A stretch of DNA of 64,000 nucleotides from the human T2T-CHM13v2.0 reference genome, Homo sapiens. Position 1 is the first letter of the stretch. The number at the start of each line of letters is the position of its first letter. The DNA is taken from assembly GCF_009914755.1 (NCBI RefSeq), contig NC_060926.1; one strand, given 5' to 3'. The translations under genes were made by a program, and so were the position numbers. The notes under the pieces are model-generated. The model made no database searches. It was not told the origin of the DNA and was given only the letters and a program-made list of their open reading frames with translations. This document shows positions 30,616 to 41,696 of the stretch, one piece after another.

Positions 30616-32758
30616 CAATCAAGAATTTCATATCCAGCCAAACTAAGCTTCATAAGCAAAGAAGAAATAAGATCTTTTTCAGACAAGCAAATGCTAAGGA
30701 AATTAATTACCAATAGACCAGTCTTACAAGAGTTCTTGAAGGGAGTACTAACTATGGAAAAGAAAGACATTACCAGCCACTAAAAAAAAAATGCACTTAA
30801 ATACATAGACCAGTGACATTATAAAACAATGAAACAAACAAGGTTTCATCATAGCCAGATAATAACATGATGGCAGAATTAAATCTATACTTCTTATTAC
30901 TAATTTTGGATGTAAGCAGACTAAATGCCCCAAATAAAAGACATAGAGTAACAAGTTGGATAAAGAAGCAAGACCTAAGCCTTACAGTCTTCAAGAGACT
31001 GAGCTCATATGTAGTGACACCCATAGGCTCAAAGTAAAGTAATAAAGAAAAATCTACCAAGCAAACAGAAAACAGAAAAAAGGCATGCGTTGCTATTCTA
31101 ATTTAAGACAAAATAGGCTTTAAGCCAACAAAGACTAAAAAAGAGAAACAAGAGCACTACATAATGGTAAACAGGTCAATTCAACAAGATCTAACCATTT
31201 TAAATGTGTATGCACCCAACACAGGAACACCCAGATTCATAATGCAAGTTCTTAGGGATCTATGAAGAGACTTAGATAACCACACAATAATATCAAGAGT
31301 CTTCAACACCCAAATGGAATTATCAGACAGATCATAGAGTAAAAAAATTAACAAATATATTCAGGATCTGAACTCAGTAGTTGACCAAATGGACATAATA
31401 AACATCTATAGAACTCTCCACCTTGAAACTGACCACAGAATGAGACATAAAATAATACTCAGCAAATTCAAAAGACCAGAAGTCATACCAACCACACTCT
31501 CAAAACACAGCACAATTAAAATAGAGCTATATACTAAGAAGATTGCTCAAGACCATACAATTACATGGAAAAACAACCTGCTCCTGAATGACGTTTGGGC
31601 AAATAAATAAATCAAGGCAGAAATCAAGAAGTTCTTTGAAACTAATGAGAACAAAGATACAACATACCAGAATATCTAGGACATAGCTAAAGCAGTGCTG
31701 AGGAATGTTGATAGCAGTAAATGTCCATATCAAAAAGATAGAAATATCCCAAATTAACAGCCTAACATCACATATACAGCAACCAATAAAACAGAGCAAA
31801 CTAACTCCAAAGTTAGCAGGAAAAAAGAAATAACCAAAATCAGAGGACAATTGAAAAAAAATGGAAAAAATGTACAAAATATTAACAAATCCAAGATTTG
31901 ATATTTTGAAAAAAATAAGATATACCATTAGCTAGATCAACAAAGAAAAAAGAAAGAGGATCCAAATAAACAGAATCACAAATGACAAAGGAGACATTAC
32001 TACCAACCTCACAGAAATACAAGAAACCCTCAGAGAGTACTATGAATACCTTTGATCACACAAAATAAAAAAAAAACGAGTTACTGGGTGCAGTGCACCA
32101 GCATGGCACATGTATACATATGTAACTAACCTGCACAATGTGCACATGTACCCTAAAACTTAAAAGTATAATAATAAAAAAAAATAGAATAAATGGATAA
32201 ATTCCTGGAAACATATAATAACCTCCCAAGATTGAGCCAAGAAGAAATTGAATCCCTGAACAGACCAATAACAAGCTCCTGATCTGAATCAATAATAAAA
32301 AGCCTACCAACTAGGAAAAGCCCAGCACCTGATGGATTCACAGCCAAACTCTAACAGAAGTATAAACAAGAGCTGGTATGATTCTAGCTTAATTTTGAAA
32401 CTATTCAAAAAAAAATTGAAGAGGAGGGATTCTTGCTTATCTCATTATATAAGGCCAGCATCATCTGTTACCAAAACCTGGCAGAGACACAACAAAGAAT
32501 GAAAACTTCAGGTCAATATCCCTTCCTGAACAGAGACACCAAAACAAACAAACAAACAGAAACACAACAAACAAACAAGCAAACAAAAACCCCTCAACAA
32601 TCTACTGGCAAACCAAATCCAGCAGCACATCAAAACCTAATCAACCATGACCAAGTAGGTTTCATTTCTGGGATGCAAGGTTGGTTCAACAAATGTAAAC
32701 CAATAAATGTGATTCATCACATAAACAAAACCAAAAACAAAAACCATATGGCCATCTC
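30613..32758 (+). mobile_element. Old primate L1 (roughly L1PA13-16/L1PB), from ORF1 3' end to early RT region; no 3' end
   Basis: 'aagaatttcatatccagccaaactaagcttcataagc...aacaacctgctcctgaatgac...ctgggatgcaaggttggttcaac...aaaccatatggccatctc'. Heavily mutated. Confidence 0.9.
32076..32184 (+). mobile_element. ~110-bp extreme 3' end of a young L1 (L1PA2-like) nested in the older L1
   Basis: 'acgagttactgggtgcagtgcaccagcatggcacatgtatacatatgtaactaacctgcacaatgtgcacatgtaccctaaaactt', flanked on both sides by aat(a)n. Confidence 0.92.
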
Positions 32759-32858
32759 TTTTTTTCTTTCCCTTCCTTCCTTCCTTCCTTCCTTCCTTCC
32801 TTCCTTCCTTCCTTCCTTCCTTCCTTCCTTCCTTCCTTCCTTCCTTTCTCTCTCCTTT

Positions 32859-32934
<76 letters not shown>

Positions 32935-32976
32935 TTCTTTCTTTTTCTTTCTTTCTTTCCTTCTTTCTTTCTTTCT
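32757..32976. repeat. Polypyrimidine compound microsatellite, (TTCC)18 then (TTTC)19
   Basis: Counted (ttcc)18 at 32773-32844 and (tttc)19 at 32857-32932. Confidence 0.97.
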
Positions 32977-32984
32977 GTTTTAAG

Positions 32985-33320
32985 ATGTTTCCTTGTAGTA
33001 TATATTTATTCATAGAAAAGGAAAACAACTTAGTAAAATGCTATCAAAATTTTATCAGAAAATGTCTTCTCCCAGGTCTAAAATTTCTTAAAGGAGATGT
33101 TTTTTCTTTCAAGGTACCACAGGTAACAATTTTACCAAAATTTTTGCCACTACAAAATATAAGTTGCCATTTATTCTATCCTTGCAATAATAGCTTTCTT
33201 GCCATGTTTCTTACTTCCCTTAATAGTTTCTTTGTCCCATGCTGTCTAATCTCAAAGCAAGTCCAAAGGGTTCTAGGTTTTGTTACAACAGCATTTCACT
33301 TCCAAGTAAAAATTTCTTTC
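32985..33320 (-). mobile_element. MLT1 internal (MaLR-int) fragment adjoining its LTR
   Basis: Reverse complement 'agaaatttttacttggaagtgaaatgctgttgtaacaaaacctaga...tgtagtggcaaaaattttggtaaaattgttacctg' matches the MaLR internal start (compare the THE1-int start near 50680). Confidence 0.65.
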
Positions 33321-33822
33321 TATAATGGTAATTCATTGCTCCAATAGAGCTGCTCAACAAATCACATCGAATTCAGTGGAATAAAACAATAAACTTTTAT
33401 TTAGCTCACAAACTCATTGGTTAACTATTTTAGTTGGGCTCAGCTGGGCAATTCTGCTGCTCTGAAGTGAGCTGGATTTACACACATGCACACTCTTCAT
33501 TTGGCTGTTGGCTAAACGCGGAGGTCCCCAGTTGGAACAACTAGTACAACTCAGCTGTAATTCACATGTTTTTTGCTCCAGCAGACCACTCTGAGCATGT
33601 CTAGCATTGGCAGAGATTCAAGAATGGCAAAACATAAATGTCCAAGTGCTTTTTCCTACCTCAGCATGTGGCAAGTATCCTTACATTTGTGGCAAGTATG
33701 ATTTGCCAGAGCAAGTTATATGGCTGAGACTAGAGTCACAGACAAATAGTACTACTGTGTTACAGTATAAAAGGCTTGGATACAGGGAGGGTAATTTGAA
33801 CCTTTTTTTGCAATATATCATA
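33321..33822 (-). mobile_element. MLT1 (G/H-class) LTR
   Basis: 'cattgctccaatagagctgctcaacaaatcac...cagtggaataaaacaataaacttttatttagctcac...gggctcagctgggc...gccagagcaagttatatggctga...tgcaatatatcata'. Confidence 0.75.
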
Positions 33823-34106
33823 GCTGCTATTCTAGAAATGACCTAAACAGTTAATAATATACATTTGTAGAAACAATGATCTTTCAAAACATGAATGCAA
33901 TGAAATGATAATTAAAATATATATTATGATGTTACTGATTATCCCTTTGTAGTATAAATTGAGATACAGAGACTCAAAAGCCTACAGGTATATATAATAA
34001 ACGTGCTAGATACAACAAAATCAATAGCTCAAGTGAGATGATTAAGTTATATCTGATCCTTGGTTTTAAGATGAAAAAAATAGGGAGTAAAGAAAAGCTA
34101 AATATC

Positions 34107-34405
34107 AACCAGTCATGGTGGCTCACACCTGTAATCCCAGCACTTTGGGAGGCCAAGGTGGGCGGATCACTTGAGGTCAGGAGTTTGATACCAGCCTGAC
34201 CAATATGGTGAAACCCCGTCTCTACTAAAAATACAAAAATTAGCCGGCCGTGGTGGCAGGCACCTGTAATCGCAGCTAATTGGGAGGATGAGGCAGGAGA
34301 ATCGCTTGAACCTGGGAAGTGGAAGTTACAGTAAGCTGATATTGCTCTGGTGTACTCCAGTCTGAGTGATGACAGAGTGAGACTCTACCAAAAAAAAAAA
34401 AAAGG
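34107..34405 (+). mobile_element. Alu (AluSx-type)
   Basis: Full dimer. Probable TSD aaagaaaag(ct/ag)aaatatc at 34089-34106 and 34406-34423. Confidence 0.95.
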
Positions 34406-35022
34406 AAAGAAAAGAGAAATATCCAGGTTTTAATGTGAATTTTCCTGATTTTTAAAGTGTTGGAATTTAAATGAAAGTACACGGGGCACAAAAACAAAAG
34501 CACAAATGCAGAGCAGGCAAATTACAACCACATTAAAATAGAATCGATCAGTAAGACTGAAATAATTCCTGAAAATTTCAATGTCTATTCTCGTGCAGCT
34601 TTCTCTGTGCTGGTATTGCTGGCCTACCAACTTAAAACCACTCAGCATTCTAAATTTGTCTTAAAACAGAAGATCTTCCCTAAAATGTAGCCTAGTTTGT
34701 AAGAGTTCTAACATATCACCTGTTTTTCTAGAAAAATTATCCAGGCTTCCCACATTTTTATCCACTGGCTTGGGTAATTGCCACTGGGCCATTAGGAACC
34801 ACAACTACTTGTCTTCAAAAGTTTTGTGCTTTTGTTGCCATATATCAGCCATCAGGTGCCACACTGATCCTTTCTGAATGAATCTCATACTATATTAAGC
34901 CCTAATTTGCTACATATCTTTGGACAATTTGTATGAAACTCCTGGCTACTCCTCTCTGAGGGCAGTTGTATGGTGCTGTCATTTTTTTAACAACTTATAT
35001 TGTTCAATTAAAACTTATTTTT

Positions 35023-35347
35023 ATTTTATTTTATTTTATTTCATTTTATTTTATTTTATTTTATTTTTGAGACGGAGTCTCCCTCTGTCACCCAGGCTGG
35101 AGTGCAGTGGCCGATCTTGGCTCACTGCAGCCTCTGTTTCCTGAGTTCAAGCAATTCTCTTGCCTCACCCTCCTGAGTAGCTGGGATTACAGGAACACAC
35201 CACCAAGCCTGGCTAATTTTTGTATTTTTAGTAGAGATGGGGTTTCACCATGTTGGTCAGGCTGGTTTTGAACTCCTGACCTCGTGATCTGTCCACCTCG
35301 GCCTCTCAAAGTGCTGGGATTACAGGTGTGAGCCACGGCGCCTGGTC
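35023..35347 (-). mobile_element. Alu (AluSg-like) with (ATTTT)n tail
   Basis: Antisense dimer with 'tgacctcgtgatc'. TSD caa(t/c)taaa(a/g)cttattttt at 35005-35022 and 35348-35365. Confidence 0.95.
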
Positions 35348-37060
35348 CAACTAAAGCTTATTTTTGTATTTCATTGGCTTACTCAATATATGAGACCTAC
35401 ATTTCTTATTTACAGAATTAGATAATTAAACTAAATCACATTCAAGATGCCTTCTAGCTATGCAATTTTATAAGTATTTCAAACACTCAGTATTTTACTG
35501 TTATTCCCATTCTGCTCTTCTAATTTACCTGATTTGCTGCTTTGTCTTTGAGTCTGTTTCATAGGTTTGTACTCAATAACATGATACCTATCTCAGGAGA
35601 AGGAAGGTGGGCTAATCACCCACATCAGAATCTTCTACCTTTGAGCTGCTGCAGTTTTTGAGTAACTACATGACTGGTGGTGTTGTCAATGAGCAGGCAG
35701 GAGCAAGTGAGCCCATGCTGATAATTTGAAGTTGAAGTTTAGACACAATGTCACCTCTTTGAAATGAGGTCGGCCTTCGGAGAAATACCTCAAAATTGTT
35801 GAAAATATATAATATTTTATTAACTAACATAACATAAACAAAAACACATTTTTTCTGTGTGTTATCTTGACTGTTAGTGTAGGGCTCTGTTCTCAGAAAC
35901 CCTGAAGAAAGAAGCATAACACAATAATCTAACATGCTCTATAAAATTTTCTAGCACAACCCAGAATATTTACATGAAAGATGCTCTAATCATGCAAAAG
36001 AAAAAAACTTTCTACTTAGTACTGATAGTTCACATTCAAATCCATTTATCAGTACATTCAAGCATACAGATAACATATGAGCAAAATGAGAAATAATACT
36101 GTGATTTCAAGCTTCACTGAACTAGGGTATAGAAATTCTGAACTAAACAATTGTTAAATGCCTGCCAGATAAATTACTGTGGATGAATTGTTTTTATTCA
36201 CTGTCTCTTCTTAGAAGCAACAAATGAAAATATACATTTCTTTATGATGTAGTCACCATATTTAAACTCACATGATACTTGCTTTAGCCACCCTACTGAC
36301 TTAGAAAAAGAAGAATCAATAAATGCCTTGTCTGAATATGTTCCAATTGGATAGCAAGAGTCTTTTAAATCACCCAGATCCTACCTAGTTCTTATGTGTG
36401 TGAGCTCAGGATGATGACACAAAAGAAAGAAGGCATCTCTCACTGTTGCATAAAAGAAATCCAACAATGACCATTTCAATCACCTTTCTGTTGTTCTAAA
36501 TGCTATTTTGTGGCTCAAACTTCACTATGACTGAACTACTGAACACCTTCCACTTAACTTAAGGATTGGGTAAATGACACTTCAGAGTGCAAAAATACTA
36601 AAGAATTCATGCCTACATGTCAATATATATAATATGCAATTCAATAATCTTTTTGATCTTATTAAGGTCATTGTGATTTTCAAACACTGTAATGGAGGTT
36701 GAATGTTGACAAATTTATGGGGAATAATGAATAAAAGATTAAGGAATAGTTGTAATGGGAAGCATATTTACAATGATCTGTAGAGACGCAAACTGAAAAT
36801 AACTCAATTATGGTTTTGCTTAACCTATTAGATAATGTTATAGATAATAAGCTGTACATTTGGAGCCAGCTTCTTGGTGATGACTTGTTTGGCTTGATTT
36901 CTCACTTAGGTCAAGTGCTGTGCTGTACTGATTGATAGATTGTCTCCAGCAGGAAGTTTGACAATGGACAACCTAGAAGCAGATGTGCCTGGTACATATC
37001 AGGGGTGATGGAGGTTTCAGGATTATGCTGACTGAAATATGGAGGCTCTGTATCTGTATA

Positions 37061-37114
37061 TAGGTATCTGTATATAGTCTCATTTTAACTCACTTGTATA
37101 TTGAGAGAGAGAAA
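37061..37114 (+). repeat. 54-bp dispersed direct repeat, copy 1
   Basis: taggtatctgtatatagtctcattttaactcacttgtatattgagagagagaaa; 53/54 identical to 39094-39147. Confidence 0.95.
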
Positions 37115-37292
37115 GATAGTCTTTTGCTGTAGCTCTTAGCCCTCTGAAGTCCTGGCATACCATGGAGGGAAATGCATAACAATACTCAAATTTCCGGTAT
37201 CTGTGAAAAAATGTTCCTTTAAATCAGAGTCCACCCAATTCCACATTTCCTCCAGCATATTGTTATCAAAGCCCAGTCATTTTGGGGGTGGC

Positions 37293-37606
37293 AGGAGAGA
37301 GAGATAGAGTGGGAGAGAGAGAGAGAGAGGAGAGTGGGGAGAGAGAGAGAGAAGAGAGGAGAGAAGGGAGAGGAGAGAGAGGAGAGAGAGGAGAGAGGGG
37401 GAGAGAGAAGAGGAGAAAGATAGCAGAGAGAAGGAGGGGAGAGAGAGAGGAGAGAAAGAGGAGAGACAGAGGAGGGAGAAGAGAGAGAGAGGGAAGGGGG
37501 GAGAGAGAGAGGAGGTGAGAGAGAGAGAGGAGGGGACAGAGAGAGAGGAGGGGAGAGAGAGAGAGGAGGGGGGAGAGGAGAGAGGAGAGAGAGAGAGAGA
37601 GAGAGA
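37293..37606. repeat. GA-rich polypurine low-complexity tract (~310 bp)
   Basis: Almost purely A/G on the + strand, with only a handful of pyrimidines. Confidence 0.97.
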
Positions 37607-38731
37607 TGATTTCCAGAGGCACTTTTATCAATTTTAAATTAAATTGATCAATTTACCTATATAGGGTCTGGTATATTTATGAGGTAAGTTGTCTTCTACT
37701 TCCTCTGTTAACCTGGTACACTGTTGCTTGCACTGATAAATTTGTCAAATAGAAGTGGCTTGATTCAAACGATGTATAAATCGATCTCTTCTTATATATA
37801 TTTTGTCCTTTGTGCTGAGGTCATTATATTTGAATTGAAAGGCACTATGTAATGTATTAATGATATGTTGGGGTTTTCTTTGGGCCTTTGCAGATTTGTT
37901 TTTATGGGGTTTATAGCCCTCATGAAACTTCTTCTTCTTGGCTTACAATAACATAACATTTTTTTTCTAAACAAGCTGTTTTTAAAATGCCAGAGTATTT
38001 GAGAGGTACTTTAGTACTTTAAATTGTGAATAATAAAAATACATTTATGTACTTTGTATATCTGAGTATCCTCCCAGAACTGTTCATTAAACTTTGTCAA
38101 GCTACCATTAAAATCCACACATTCAGAGGATAAAACTTAGAGAGCTTTTAAAACTTAAGTATTTAATGCACTTGATTTGGTCTTTTAGGCCCAGGAGGGG
38201 GCTAGCTAAGTGCCTGAGATGTTCAAAGTTACCATCATAACAGCTAAGTCCCTTTCTCCCCTCCCTAGGGAGCTGGTAGGAGCTCGATCTTTGCAAAGGG
38301 ATTTTTAATCTTTTATTCATTATTCTTCACAAAGCACTTGCCTGATAGCAGGGTACAACCTGACAGTAGGATGTCCTTTTTCCCAACTTCAATAATCTGT
38401 TTTTTTCTCTACCTTCTGTCTTTTTCTCATTTAATGTGACCTCCTCTTTCTCAAACCCTGCACACTTTAATTTGGTCATTTTTTTTTTTTTTTTGTCTTC
38501 TACTGTGGGGATTCAGAGTGTTCAAAACCCTACTTCCAACATCATTGTTTTTCCATTTGTTAGAGCTAAGGTAAACTGACATTACATCTTGAGGTGACCA
38601 TGTCTACATCTTTTGCTCATAGAATTTACTGAAATTGATTAAGTTTTTTTCTGGGTTGGCCAGGCTGCCCAGACATGAGAAGGGCTAAGTGCTGAATGGT
38701 GTTTGCCGAGTATTTGCATTGTATGATTAGC

Positions 38732-38960
38732 AGAATCATAGAATCTTAGAATGGAAACAGAACTTATCTGTCTTTGGTCAGTTTCCTATCATGATTCCTT
38801 CTCCAATAATTCTATGGAAATGTTTAAATCTTTGCTTTAAGCCTTTCTAAGATTTTAGAGCTCAGTACTATCTACTGAAGCCTTTTACATTGTTGGACAA
38901 TTATAATGTTATAAAGATCTTTCTCATATTAAGCAGAAATATCATGAGCTACATTTTCCT
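38732..38960 (-). mobile_element. L3/CR1 LINE relic
   Basis: 'agaatcatagaatcttagaatggaa...gagctcagtact...cattgttggacaattataatgttataaagatctttctcatattaagcagaaat' resembles the antisense L3 3' end. Confidence 0.6.
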
Positions 38961-39093
38961 ATTCCCATATTCAGGCAATTCTAATAAATCTAAATGCCTT
39001 TCTAAGGCATGACTTAAAAACTGTCCTCACATAACATTTTATTAATTGATGCATTTGTATAGTTTAATAGTATGAGCAATTCACAGTACGGAT

Positions 39094-39147
39094 TAGGTAT
39101 CTGTATATAGTCTCATTTTAACTCACTTTTATATTGAGAGAGAGAAA
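39094..39147 (+). repeat. 54-bp dispersed direct repeat, copy 2
   Basis: Matches 37061-37114 with one G/T difference. Confidence 0.95.
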
Positions 39148-40074
39148 CAGAAATACTTTATTAGTAATACAAATATAAGAAAATATTGAGGGGATAAATA
39201 GCCCCTATCATGTTGTAAGTAAATTAGTGCAAACCAAAATATTAGTGTTCTGTTGTAATTTTTAAATCTAGCTAGTTCCTGGAGTTTTTATAACTTATAC
39301 AAATGAGAATGAACACAAAGATTGTTACAATCCAGAGTTTTGGTTTAATTTCATCTAAAATAAGTACTGTGATGTTGAATTTTAACAGCTTGCTAAGAGT
39401 GAAGAATTCTTTTTGTTGTAATTTAATCACCTCCAAATGTTATTTATTGAGTCCCTGAAAGTATTTTCTTACAGTATCTAGATTTTCCTCAGAGATCTCA
39501 TTTGTGCACAACCCTTACTTGTCTCAGCTTATGAAAGCTGATACGATCTCATCTGAAAGTAATACTGCAGGGAGTCATTTGTTTCATAGAAATAAGCAAT
39601 ATCATCATAGAATACTGTGGGGCACAGGATGTGATTTTAGGGGAAAAAGCATTTTTCTGAGTACAAATAAAAAAATGAAACGCATTATCCATATAAAATA
39701 TCAAATGTATTTAAAAATTTACATCTTGAAAATTAAAGCAAATAAAATCTCAAAGAAAAGGGTAAATTACTAATAGATGAAATGTAGAATTTCATTTTTT
39801 TACGTTTACTCATTTCATTTTCCACTGTTTATCTTTTATTCATTATCTTTCCACTTCTACTGTAACTTCAATTTTCATGGAAAAGCTCAGATGTGAAAAA
39901 AATAGAAATATTATAGTATTGATATTAGAAGCTCTTGAGCTAAGCAGATCAGGGTCCAAATCTCAGAAGCACCACTTTCCAACTATATAATCTTGGCTTA
40001 GAGTCACAATTCTGTAACTCCAAATGCATGCAAGTGAAATCATTTTGACAGCTATTAGTGCTCTTTACCAAATA

Positions 40075-40435
40075 TTTACAGTATCTGCTTTCTGGGCAGA
40101 GGGTACGATTGCATTGCCTTGCCACCTCATGTTTGGATGGGGGCAAATGATTAGTTCTGGTCAATTGCTTATGAACAGAAGTGACTTGTGTCAATTTCAG
40201 ATCAGAATATTTGTCTGCAAAGACTTCACAGAACACCCATTTTTTTTTCTCTCAAGATAAATGTAAATGGTAGCTTCTTTGTGGCCCTTCCACCAGAAGT
40301 GAAGAAGCCTGGTGCAGAGCTTCTACTTGACCTATGATAGATATGCTGCTGGAGAAGAAATCAACCTCCTGGTACGATATGCTATTTAGCTTTGGGGGCT
40401 GTTTCTTACTGAAGTATAATCTAGCCTACTAATTA
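40075..40435 (+). mobile_element. MLT1 (J-like) LTR relic
   Basis: 'atgattagttctggtcaat...cagaagtgacttgtgtcaatttcag...gagaagaaatcaacct...tttgggggctgtttcttactgaagtataatctagccta'. Confidence 0.65.
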
Positions 40436-40509
40436 TGAAATAGTCATTAGCATTGTATCTCATCCATAGCAAGAGCCTAGTAAATATAATATTGAAGCAG
40501 TGTGTCTAA

Positions 40510-40838
<329 letters not shown>

Positions 40839-41212
40839 ATGGATTATTTTTTAATACAACAAAGAGAAAAGACTTGCAGAAACCTCTCTGCCTTGGTTTA
40901 GGTCTGTTGAACATATTGAATCTTTAATATTGTCAACACCATGCAACGTCAAAAAAGGTCCTGATACATTTTAATAGGTCTAACTAGAGTTGAGTGTTCA
41001 TTTTTATGCAATCTCAGGAGATTTTATGGAGTTCTTTAGGAAATCTTTCTGAGTCAAATTTAGATTGACAACTAGCCAGTTTTTAAAAGTTTTGTATGTA
41101 TTTTTGGTTTCTCAAAAGGTACCATTTATTCATTTGCAAGTCTGTATTTCAATAACTTCCTGTCTGCCAAAGATCTAGTTTAATGCTGTAAAATAATCCT
41201 ACACATCACAAC

Positions 41213-41696
41213 CCATCTGTGTTTCCCAGAGATACCATAACAAAGCATCACAAACTGAATGGCTTCAATGGCAGAAATTTATTGTCTCCAACTTCTGGAG
41301 ATTATAAATTTGAAATGAAGGTGTCAGCAGGGCTGGTTCCTTCTGACAGCTTTGAAAGATGATCTGGCATGTGCCTCTCTTCTAGCTTCTGGTGGTTTGG
41401 TGGCAATCTTTGGTGCTCCTTTCTTTGTAGATGTGTCATTCCAATCTGCCTTCTCCTTCATATGATGTCCTCTCTGTGTGTCTTCACAGTTTCTTGCCTC
41501 CGTGCATGTCTATCTTTAGTCCAAATTGTATCCTTTTTAAGGTATCAGCTATATTGGATTCGGGCCAATCCTAATGAGGTCATTTTTATTGAATTACTTA
41601 TGTAAAGACTATTTTTAAATAAGATCACATTCAGTGGTACTAGGAGTTAAAACTTCAAAGTATCTTTTTTGGTGGGACAAAATTCAGCCCATAACA
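41213..41696 (-). mobile_element. MLT1C-like LTR
   Basis: 'ccataacaaagcatcacaaactg...aaggtgtcagcagggctggttccttctga...ctagcttctggtggtttggtggcaatctttgg...aattcagcccataaca'. Confidence 0.85.

Noticed and set aside
32757-33320. Possible minus-strand processed pseudogene (T-rich tract plus 'tttatt' near 33006)
   Set aside because: The body reads as MLT1 internal sequence continuous with the adjacent LTR; no TSD and no recognisable protein.
32433-33347. 304-aa ORF, and the antisense Lys/Glu/Arg-rich ORF at 32717-33028
   Set aside because: A chimera of L1 remnant, stop-free (TTCC)/(TTTC) repeats and MLT1-int; not a gene.
35636-35795. Candidate minus-strand exon
   Set aside because: Stops in all three frames and a poor acceptor.
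36875-36935. C box (GTGATGA) and D box (CTGA), snoRNA-like
   Set aside because: Short, with no terminal stem or recognisable antisense guide; expected by chance.
37266-37631. Ser/Leu/Pro-rich and Glu/Arg/Gly-rich ORFs
   Set aside because: Translations of the GA low-complexity tract.
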